Source of the DNA: Candidatus Omnitrophota bacterium
GTDB lineage: Bacteria; Omnitrophota; Gorgyraeia; Zapsychrales; JANLHA01
NCBI GenBank assembly: GCA_031423615.1
Contig: JANPFV010000055.1
Span: forward strand, 474-64,473
DNA: 64,000 nt
Direction: 5' to 3'
A program made the translations under genes and the position numbers. A model generated the notes under the pieces. That model worked only from the letters and a program-made list of their open reading frames with translations. It was not told where the DNA came from and made no database searches. Position 1 is the first letter of the stretch. Every line of letters starts with the position of its first letter. Of the stretch, positions 15,001 to 27,000 are shown piece after piece.

Positions 15001-18000
15001 CGGATTGTTTGAGACCGACATGATCAAATACAATTCTTATTTGACGAGAGAGGAAAAACCGGCGGCTTTGGGTGTTTACAATGTCGCTGATCGTTCCGTC
15101 ACCACAACGTTTGACAGAGAAGATAATAATAAGCAAAGCATCTATTCTCTCGCTAACAATAGCGCCCAGATTTTAAGCGACGGCGGAATTGCCTTTGACA
15201 TCAAGTTCGGCCGCGGGGAAATGCCTTTCGGTTTACCGATCACTTACGAAAATATCCGTGCTGTCGGCCAGGACATCGCCTTTAGCGAAATCTCGGATGT
15301 CCGCCGGGAATTTAAAAACAACAAGGGAAGACCGGAATATTATTTCAGCAGTTTTAACCATTTCGATAAAAACTTCTTCCCGGTGGGTGATCCTAAATAT
15401 ATTTCCTTCTTTACCTATCCTGAGCGCGGTGACAATCGTTTGTCGGTGGAAGGAAATACCTATCTCTATAGCAAGAAAGAAAAGCAAATCGAACAAGACT
15501 GGATCGCCAAAGATCAATTGACGGGCGTTCTATACTTCCATGTCAATTCGGACCAGAAAATCACTTATCCGGTGGTCCTGCGCAGTGTAGAAGACCATCG
15601 CTTCGGGGCGCGTTTATTGCGCAGTTTGGCTTCGCGTTTGGACGGGAGAACAGCCGGGATATTCGGGGAGCATGCTTTCTTCTATATTGCTTTAGATAAT
15701 CTGGGGACCAACATTCATGGTGAACTGCAAGAATTGACCGTCATGGATGCGCGGGAAGATCCTTATACCACCGAATGGCTCCATAAATCCTTAAAAGATT
15801 GGCCGCTCCTTTCGACCGATGCCCGGCGCAAGATCAAGAAATATCTCGAAATCAAACGAGACATTGTTACCAATGAAGATAAAGAACAGATCCTCACCGC
15901 AATCATTATCGTCGATGAGAAAGAGCCTTTGACCGGCAGTCGGTTACCGCGCTTTATGACGGAATATCTTCCGTCCTCTATTTACCGGAATATGGAAGAC
16001 ACCAGTCTTTGGCACAAACAGCAATATCGTTATGAAAGAGGACAGCTGGCTGAAAAAGATTCTAAAAAGAGAATTGATCTTTGGGATGACTGGGCCAAGG
16101 AAGGCGTCCACATCATGAGAAATATTATTATTTATCTCGTTCCTGCAGCGGTTGTTTTAGTGCTTTTGATTTGGTTGGTTATGAAGGCGTTAAAGATGTG
16201 GTTTGATAAATTCAGAAAGCAACCTACGCGTGTTTCGCAATCCAGCGATAAAGAATATACTATCCAGCCTTTGGAGCATAATGGATTCCCTGCCGATGTC
16301 GAAAGCAATGCTGAGGGGATAGCAAACAGCAACTTAGGCCCCGCCGAAAATAACATGAACCATTTATTGCTTCGCGAGCAGACAGAAAAGATATTCGCAG
16401 AATATTTCTGGGTCCTTACCCATTTTATTCCCCGATTTTTTGGCGGCGGTAAGGAAAAGGCCCAAGAGTTGGCCGGAACATTAACGCGCCAGGATGCTCT
16501 TATCTATTACAAGATTAATACTCTCTCCGGGAACCTTAACCAAAGCAATCCTATTTTCCGGGCTGTTCTCTTTCATATCGCGCGCAACATGGCTTTGAAT
16601 GGTCGCGGCAGTTCTATTGGTCCGGCGATGGAAACAGAAATTAGACGCTGGACCTTTGTGATCACAAAGGGATCACGTCTCTATACACGTATTGTTAATG
16701 GAGAAAAACAGGTTTATGGGATCCTTTTGAAATATTATGTTGTCAAGGCTGGATTCAATTGGAAGGTCATTGCTAAAAAATTGATTGATAATGGGTGGGC
16801 CACGCGCGTCAATAATGATGAATTGATTTTGACGGCGGATCTTGGTCGCGATAGTGCCGCCATGGCCGCAGTGTTTGAAAAAGATACATGGAAAAATCTT
16901 TTACCTGTCCTACAACAATCCCAGTATCAATACAAAGGAACATCCAATCCCATACGGCCGGGCGATATGATGCACACCGGAGATGTGGAAGGTTTATTTA
17001 AAACAAAGGGGTATGTGGCAATATATCTTCACTATTATTGGAATGCTGGCGGAAAAATGTGGGATCCTGCGTTCAGCGCCGGCCAAGGCAATAATTTCCC
17101 GCAAGATTTTGAGCACGACGGGAAAACGTATGATTTAAGACCGTATAAAACATATCAAGAAGTTACCGGCGGACGCGGAGGATGGAAGAGCCGTCTTAAT
17201 GGTGTGATTCAGAAACCTTTTAGAGCTTATTATCAGATTCTGAGTTTCTTTGCGATCACCAGCTTGGCCTTGGTCTGGATGGGACTTTCCCCGGTAGTCA
17301 TTATTCCTAACGCTATTCTCTTTGCGGTGATTTTCTTAGGGACCTTTATCGTCCTGAAATTGTTTGAACGCCATTGGCAGGCCCATAATGATGGAACAAG
17401 AATGTTTGGCCGTCCCATACCGACCTACACCGGTCGTGCTGTTCCCAATCTCACGGCAAGACATTGGACGGCCCGGTTGGTTTGGCTGGCGGTCTTTATC
17501 CTCCACGTTGTGTGGAATGCCTTTATGTTTAAAACCTTGATAAGCGGTTCTATTCTGATTCCTCTGGGCAGTCCGATTCTGATGCCCAGCTTAGGCGTCT
17601 TTTTGACCGCTTGGCCGGTATGGGTTTTTGCTATCCTGATTTATTTCTGGACCCAGCCTCGCATGCAGAGAAATTCCTTGCAAGATAAGTCTCTTGTGAC
17701 CCAATATTTAGCACCGCTGATCTTTGTCGGTCTTGTCTTTGTCGTCTGGACATTGGTGGGCGCGGTGATGGGCGGGGCCATCATGATCTTTGTCTTATGG
17801 GTGCCGTTTGTTGTGGGCGCTTTTCTCGACACATATTCTTTGCTGTATGTTGCCCAAACAATTCTATCTTACGCCAAAGGGATTTTCATAGGGATAAAGA
17901 TGGGTAAGAAATGGCAAGACATTGATAAAGTCATGTTTGGCAAAGGCCGGTCCATTGTTTACGGCGCCTTTTACCAGGCTTTCAAAGATAAAATTGTTCC

Positions 18001-21000
18001 GCAAATCGCCTTAAGGGGTGAACAACCTTTGAGTGAAGCCCAACTCCTCATTGCCTTCGCTAAGTACTGGAACATGATCATTCTGAATATGGGTGATGGC
18101 GTTGAGCCCAGTGCGGACTTAAAACACCTTATTTCCGAGGGTAATGATCTTCTCAGCGCCGAAGAAGTTGAACGTTATAGCTTTGTTCTTATCGGCAATG
18201 ACAGTCATAACAAGAGTGATTTGAACGGTCAAATTGATTTTGATCGTCTTCCTGACTTGAGCCGCGCGCCGGTTAATCCACGCGCCCATAAACGTCTGGT
18301 CGTTTTGATTCAACAAATGTTTATGAGAATGCCATCGGTATATTCCACCGATGATATCAACTGGACGACCATGGCTCCGGTTTATGACGAAGGCGTTTTG
18401 TATCGTTTGAATACCTCGGCGCCATTGGCTCCCGCTTTGAATAAGGAATATGATAATGGAAGACATACCTTTTTGACTTATTTCATTTCAACCCACCCCG
18501 ATGAATGGATTAACTTTATAAACCGTATTAAAAGACAGTTGGATCATATTGCTAATCTGAAAGTTCGCGCCCAGGTCAGCCGGGATGTGAAAGCCTTAGA
18601 GGGAATGACCGGAGCGGTTGGGGTGCCCTTGGTTTTGGAAAATGAAGATATTACCACCGCAGTTGAGATGTGGGCTTCCAGTAGATTCCAACCATTGGGA
18701 AGATTTATCAAGGGGGCTGAGAATTACAGAAAAGCGCTGGAATTCCGGATCCGTATTCAGTATCGCGATCTGGATGATCAGGCCATAGCTCAAAAAGTCC
18801 GTGATTCCTTCCAACTCCTTATCTCCTATCAGTCTTATTCTGTCATAATTAAGAAAAATAAAGAGGAAGGAAAAGAACCCGACGGGCGTATTACCGCCTT
18901 GCATGAATTGATGGGCCTTTATCCTGATCTTGAATTAGCGTATATCGATTCACAGGATGGAGAAGTTTCCAGTGTATTGATGCGGGGTGTGGACCATAGC
19001 GGTGCGCCGATACAAGTTTATCGTATTCAACGTTTTGCTCCGATGATTTTGACCAATTCCTTCGGTAAACCGGAAAATCAAAACCATATGTTGACCTTTG
19101 TCCGCGGCCGCAAAATCCAGACCATAGATATGAATCAAGATGTTTATATTGAAGATGCCTTCTTTATGCCTAATTTATTGGAAGAATTTAATCTGAATCC
19201 GTATTTGGCTCTTTTAGGTTTCCCGGAAGATCTTATGACCGAAGACTGGAATGGCGTTGCCGGATACGGTGCTCATGCGGACCGGACCTTTTTAACCGTT
19301 GTTCAGCGTGCATTGAATATGATGAATGCCCGTTATCACTATGGCCATCCCGATGTTTGGGATGGTGACTTTGTGCGCTTCCAGGGCGGGGTAAGCAAGA
19401 GCCATGTGGTTTCGGAAGATATTATGGGCGGGTTTAATGTGGTCAATCGCGGGCGGACCATTGATATAAGAGAATATATCAAGGTCGGAAAAGCCCGCGA
19501 AGCGGCCGTGACCACCTTTGTAGGGATGTTCGGTAAATTTGCCATGGGCGCTCCGCAACAAGTGCAATTTGAGGTCGTCAATGAAATGCGGGACAATCCT
19601 TCTCTGGGAAATGGTCTTGACCGCGGGTTACTCCAGTTGAGCACGCATTACGGCGGACCTGGTTTCTATCTTAAAGAACCGCTCGTTAAAGCCATGAATT
19701 TCTTTTATATTCTGTGGTTGGTATTTGGCGGGGTCAGTGCTTATAGCGCTTTTGCCTTGGCGATCACCTTGGCTGGATTGGGTATGGTCTTTGCTCTTTC
19801 CATTACCTTTACCGGGTTGTTGAGAATGGTTGAAGATTATGGAGCTAAAGGGTTGTGGTTATGGATTAAGGTGACAACGACTTCGGCGCCATTTTTCCAA
19901 AGTATTATTCCGGCCCACGCGGAAGGCGTTTCCCGCGGACATGCCGGGAATGCCATTTATAACAAAACCGGCCGTTCGCCCGGTTTGGATATCCAAAGCC
20001 TATATGTCGATCAACGTGATGACTTGGGTGCCATACAACCAAGTTTGTATAAAACCTTTGTTCGTACTCATCTTGATTTGGCTTTGGTCTCCCTTGTTCT
20101 CATTGTCGTAGGTATAAAGATTTGGTGGAATTCATCGATGATTTTGTCCTTCTTGCCGGTCATTCTGTTTATTTCCATGTATTTGGTTCCTATGCTTGTT
20201 CACCCCGGAACGACACCTTTGGATGGAGGATTGGTGCAATGGGGACGGCATTTCAGCAAACACTTTAAAGATATTTTCGTTCTTATTAATCAAATTAGAA
20301 AAGGCGAGAAGCCTGCCGACCTGGAAAGTAATGTTATGCAAGTGGCATTTCATGGATTTTTCATCCAAAGCGCTTATTTAATTTTAGGTATTTTGCTGGC
20401 ACCTTTTGCTAAAAAGAGCAGTTATGTGGGTGTTGCGGCCGGTGTGACGTTGGGAATGGGAGTTGTTGCCGCTGGGATTTTTGCCGCTTTGAGCGCTTCG
20501 TATTGGCTCGCCGGAGTTTTAGTCTGGTTTGGTATTCTTATTACGGGTTATGGCTATCGTTATAATCCCGGCTGGGCCAAGCTGGAAAAGAAGATTAAAG
20601 ATGATCGCAGAAGAGAGGCGATCCAGGCGAGAGCGGCAGAAGACGCGACGGATGAACGTTCTTCTTCGGCGGTGATATCGTCGGACAATCAGGATTATAA
20701 GGCCAGCAGCGCGATTCAAATTAGCGAATCCGCCATGTGGGCTTCAGGGCATAATGCCCGCGTTGAAAATGCCAAAGGGCATATTCATAAACCCTCCAGC
20801 AGTTCTTCTTCCGCTGTAGGGGCAGGCGGTGCTGGTCATGCTCGGATTTTCCCGGTCACCGGTCCGGTCATAAATGAAAACCAGCCGACGGTTACCGTGA
20901 AGGTGAAGTTAAAGGATGAGAATACCGGCGGTGTTGATATCGAGCTTACTCCTTCGAGAGAAGCCAATGTTTCGGAAGCCTTGGCTTTTGCTTTTGAAAA

Positions 21001-24000
21001 TCAGAACTTGACGCCCGCCGATATTCAGAATCGGGTGGCCTGGATTGGCCCGGCGGAAAAGAAAATTTTCTCTTTCAAAAAGCCGGTGCCAACCAAAGAA
21101 TTTGAACTGCGGTTTCATGGTCAAGGGGAAAGTTATGTAAAAGACAATGTTATCTATGTTTCTCTTTCGTTATTGCATGTTCTCAAGGGAGAAAAAGGAG
21201 AATACTTGACCGATAATCCACAGATGCATCAGAAGGTCTTGAATATGGTATTTTCCTATCTCGTTTATCTTCTTTTGCATCCTGCCGAAACGCCGGCGGC
21301 CGCTCAAGCTAAATTAAAAACCTATGTGAGTGTCCATACCGATTATGCCACGGCTTTAAGTCTCTTGTTTCAGACGTCTGGTTTTAGAGCTGACAATGAA
21401 TTTAAGACCTTGCTTGAGATTGAAAAATTAGCGGCGCGGGATTTGATCAACTTCTTTGTCCAGCAAGGTTTAACTCTCGTCGATCTTTTGGCCCGTGGAA
21501 CGGTTTATGAAGATGGTGTTGTTATCGCCAGCGATGATGTAACGACATTTGAGTTTGCTCCGGAATTGTATGTTAAAGGCAGGCTTAAAAGGGTTGTTGT
21601 TTTTGGTGGGGTAGGCCGCCTGACCCTCCCGCTGATTGAACGCGCTATTGCGGCAGGATATAGCCTGCAGTTGCCGACTTTTGGCGCGGTTGAATCTGCG
21701 GACGATTTAGATGTTTTTAAAAAGAGGGTTTTTAGTGAGGCCAGAAGGGGGCATCAGAAACCGGAGGCCATTATTAAAGGTATGGGGATTTCGGAAGCGG
21801 ATATTATCAAGCAAATCATGAGTGCAAAATTAAAAGAGATGAAAGGAAATGGGGCCACCGAGGCCACAATCGCCGCATTTGAAGCCGGTATCTTGCTTAT
21901 TAAAGATTCGTCCAATACACCTGAAAATTTTAAAAAATATTTAGAATCCCTGAATCAGAAAGGCAGTCTTTTGGCCGCCGGTACGCAATCGCGACCCCAT
22001 CGCATTTTGATTATCGGGCAGGTCCCGCAACTCTTGCGAAATCTCGAAACTTTCAGAAAAGAATTTGAAAACATCATTGAGAAAGGTCAAATTACAGCCG
22101 AAGCTTTGGCTGGTCCTTATTCTGTCAATGGTCTTAATGCGGCGATGATGGAAAGATTAAGCGGAGAAATGTTTCGTATCATTGTTTATGCCCAGCATGG
22201 TGATTTGGGTAAAAAATTTAATTTGAACAACATTCCGGCACAATATTTTATGGTGGCCCATATTTTATTTAGTTTGATACCGTATGAGGAGCAAACTCAT
22301 ATTGCGGACAAATTCATGAGAGCATGGACGGAGCATGCCCAGCCTTTAGGTGAAGACGAAATACGAAAGGGATTGCCTGCCGCCGCCTTAGAATTTTTTG
22401 AAACTGTTTATCTTATGGCGGAGGAAAAGATAAGGCCGGGAAATAATCCTCAAATTGTCCAACCCAAGAGTTCTTTAGAGATCCGTTTAGACAATGCGGT
22501 CGCAGCTCTTAAAGCAAAAGAGTTTATCACGCCAGCTGATCTTCAAAAATGGTTTGAGGAAGTGGGCAGGGATTTTGGTCTTTTACAAAAACGTATAGCG
22601 GATTGTTTGGGAGTGGCCCGCGGCAGGGGAGTGGAACGCACACCAGCCGGAAAAGCAAAAGACCAGAAAGATGCCACATTACTCGTCGATAAGTTTAAAC
22701 GTGATGAATTCTTAGGAGAGGATGTGAAGGGTGAGAAAGTCGTTGAATATATGATCGATGATGGTTTGCAAGATCCTCAATGGATCAGGATTCATCCGAT
22801 CGATAGAGTCAGATCCGTTTTACAAAATTCAATTAATAAATTCCGACTTGATCAAGTCAATACCGAACACGTCAAGTATGCCCTGACCTATTTTGGCGAT
22901 AATATGATAGCTGTGGCGTATTTGGCTGACCTCAAGAGCCGGGTTGACGGACACACCAGCCCAGCATTTAGGAATCAATTGGAAAATGAGACTTGGGCCA
23001 GAGAAAAAATAAATGAATATAAAAAGACAAGGGCTATTGAAACCTATTCACGTCCTGATTTACACCCCTTCCGCGCTAATGTTGAGCAAGATTTGATTTT
23101 AATCGGTCAGGATTCGCAGAGAAAGCAATTTACTCATATTGCAGATTCGCCTTTTGCGGTTGCCTTGATGCATTTGACGAGAGACACTGAGATTGAGGTA
23201 TCTTACAAAGATCCTGTTTGCGAAATTGATTTTTCGAACCCTAATGATATAAAGTTCCGCGTTAGAATTATAAGAATGAATTATGTTAATGATTTACCAG
23301 AAATGGACGCCCTTTTACTGTCGGGCGAGCGCCCAATGCTCCCCGTGGTCGTTCAAACCGTATATTCCTTTTCTGTTGAACAGGCCAAGACTGAATTTGG
23401 ACCTGGCTTGTTTGGATTGTTTGCGCTTATGCCTGAGTCGTATCTGCGATTATTGATTGATCTAAACGCAGGAAAACCCAGAGTGGAAAAAACCACATTT
23501 TTCCAGGCCTTTATTGACCAAGGCGTTACGGCCATTCCACTGCATGTTGCCAATTTAAAAACGGAACTCAATACCTATTTATTTAGAAGATTCTTTTATG
23601 CTTTGACGCCTTACATTAAATTTATTATTGAAATTAATGGAAAGTTTTATGCCGTTATTGGCGAGATCCATACGCATCCGGTTGTCTCCAAGGGAGAAAA
23701 ACCGTGGCCGACAGTTATGATAGAGGCGCTTGAACTTGATCCCCGATTTTTTGAATTGCTTTCTCCTGCAGACGTCACCTCAACGCTGGATTTTGTTAAT
23801 CACAGTGTTTTTATGAATTTACCGGGCCTGGATGGGATTTATAAGATCATGCAGTGTATTGGAACGGTGGATGCAGCAGGTAATTTGGGGGATATCCATC
23901 CAAATGATTTTGACGATTTGACATTGGAGCAATCCCAAAAAATCTTAAGCGCGGCCAAGGCGGCTCACGAAGCGGAGAAAGCGGGTCGTGCTGGGGAAGA

Positions 24001-27000
24001 GGCAAGGCAGCATTTTGCGAATATGCGAATTTTAGAAAAACGTAGTATAAGGCGAGCAATGGATCCGAAGTTAAACCGTATTGCATTAATAGTTACTGCG
24101 GATGGAAAGATTATTGGTTTTTCAAAATCCTCTTCACTCACTATCTTATCTGAAACTCCGAAGGTCTCTTCCTCGCCGGTCGCGGTTTTTGCGGCCGGGA
24201 CATTCGATTGTGAGATCCAGCAATTGTTGAGGCAAAGCGGCAGTGATATTCCTCCTTTCCCGTCCCACCTGATTAATAAAGGTCAAGTTTTGTTGGCTGG
24301 GACAACCCTCCAACCTCTATCGGCCACTCAACAAAGAACATTCGTTCAAATGTTTGATCGCAGTCTAAGTTATCATCATCTTGGTCAAGAACGTAAAAAC
24401 CACCGGCGCTATCCCTATAAAGTGCACCCTCTTGGCGTTGCGTTTATCTTATTTAATTCGTTTGGGGTGAGAGTCATTGAACTAAACGGTGCTGCACTGG
24501 GTCATGATTTTGGTGAAGATTCCATCATAAAATATCTCCCTTACAGCGCAGATTATGTCGACATGAATGAATTGCGCAAACAATTTCATGCTAGGGCGCA
24601 TGTGACCCCGGTTATACGTAAAGCGATTGACCGTGCAATTGAGAATGAATTCTTAATGCTTCGAATCAAGGGCGTCAACCCCGATTCCTACTTAGAAACC
24701 GTTTATCGACGAGCAGCCTTTCACCCAATGGGTGAAAAATTTCACTCGTCGAGGTCTCGAGGGGAGAATCATTTTCTAAGTAGGAATTTGGGCGTCAATT
24801 TGGATGTTGACTTAACCATGAAATATATTCGCGCTATGACCAGAACAAAAGACCGGGACTTGTTTTTCGTGAAGATTCAGAAAGCTGGGGCCGACAGCCG
24901 CCACATTTCTAATGCTTTGAAAAGCAAATTAGAAAAGTGGGCGCAAAGAAGCATTGAGCGCAATATGACCCGCTATAAAGCCGGGCTTATTCGGATGGGT
25001 GATTTCTTGATTATGCTAAAGCTCGCCGACATTATTCACAATATGTTAAGCGACATCGATACCGACGATCCGAAATTGATGCAGAATCATCTTTTGGGTA
25101 AGAACGGGGTTGTGCATAAATATCTTGATGAAGTTGAACCATCCACCGGCACCAGTTTCTTGCATGCCTTGTCACCGCGCTACCGGATCGCCAAACTCTA
25201 TTTCGGTTGGGCGTTTACAGAAGCTCTGCTTAAAACATGGTCAAATATTCCATTGGCGCAGAATATGAGCGCCGCCGAAGCCTTAAGAATTGTCAATCTG
25301 ATCGATCCGGATTTTGAATTGAACACTGAGTTAAGCGACGGTGTTGCTCGTGACGTCTTTTCTTACGGCCAGGCTTACTTTGAAAGAGAAATTACCGGTG
25401 CCCGTGCTTCCAGTCCCGTGCAGAATACGCAAGAGTATTTCCAATTCTTAAATTCCTTAAATTTTCCGAATCAAACCGTTTGGATTATGCATATTGGCGG
25501 GAGAGAAAAGCTGTTTTCGTTAGATAGCATGCCATGGGAGATGAGGGTTATTTATACGCCCCGCCTTAGGAAATTTGATCGTATTGACATCTCTCAAAGT
25601 TTTAACATTGTGACAATCGATGAGCCGCAAATGGAATCTTTCCCAGAGGTGATGAAATTTGCTTTCCGTGTTTTGGCCCAGGACGGCGTTATTTTAATTC
25701 GTTTAGCACCAAATCAGTCCCAAGAAGACCAAACGGTTTTCCAAGAAGTCTTTAAGACCTATGGCCGGGCATTACAAGAAAACCATCAGCATTTGCAATT
25801 TGCAATGATACCTCTGGCGGATCAATATCGAATGTATGCTTGGCACATAGAACTAAAACAACCGGTGGCGGCACCGTCGGTTTCCCGTTCTCGGCAAAAT
25901 AACCTTATGACCCGGCGAGAATCTCTCCAAGTGCTCTCTTTAAGAGTGAAAGTATTTGCCTTAATGCTTTTGGCGACATGGTCTGAGCCCGCCGGTCAAA
26001 GAGAAAGGCCAGCGGAACCGACTTTAAGAGAAAACCTTCCTGCGGTGCTGACGAGAAATAAAGAAGACTCCGAGAGCGCCTCCAGCCCGGTGATGGATCG
26101 CCGACTTTTTGGTATCACATTATTCGCAATGCTATCTTTAAGAGGGGACAGCGATCTGCAAAGCCGCCTCTCTCTCTTGGAACAGGAAAAAATCGAAAAG
26201 ATTTTTGATCTTCTTAAAACGGGTGGACATTTGACAGCGCAAGAACAGGCTCGCTTATCCGCTTCCTATATTTTAGACGCCATCCGCAAAGGCGACCCGG
26301 CGGAGTTATTAAAGAAAACCGGAAGGCTGTATCCGGCTCTCTTCAATCATGTTTCTTATTTGCAAGTCCGGGGGAACAAACAGATCATTATCCATTCGGA
26401 CGCTTTCAATGATCCCGCGCATTTATTGACCGATCTTATTTTTGGTTTGGAGCAATTCTTACAGGAAAATGCGGCGTTAAGTAAAAAAGAAATTTTTGTG
26501 CAAGCGGTGGGGGCGACCGCGCGGGTTTTACGCCACATCATTGAAAGCAAAAAGTATCCTTTGTATGAAGAAGATCTCAAGCAATATGTTAAGGAATTTT
26601 ATGGACATTATTTGTACTTTAAATCTTTGCCTGTGCCGCGTAAACCGGGCGGTCTGAGCGCCTCCAGCTCGTTGACGGATTTGCCCGGAAAATCCACAAC
26701 GAAGCTCATTGTTATGCTACGCGATGTTGCTGCTTTTGAAGCATTGGTGGAATTCTATGTGGATTTTCCTCCGGTGAAGCCGGAATTCAAATCTTATAAT
26801 CCGACATTCCCTCCTATGAAGCCGGAATTCATATTAAATTATCACAAAAAAGGACGCGCGATATTCCAGATTTTAATCAGCCGTTTGAATAATGACCAAG
26901 ATCGTGCAGAAATGGCTGCGGCCTATAAGCAAGCCGATCCGCAGAGTGAACATTATTTCCACCTTTGGATGAAGAGGGTTTTTGATTCGGCCGAACCGTC

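Noticed and set aside
17220-20570. Eukaryotic contamination as the source of the GT48 domain
   Set aside because: It has no introns, is in frame with bacterial domains on both sides, and is contiguous with bacterial mutSL.
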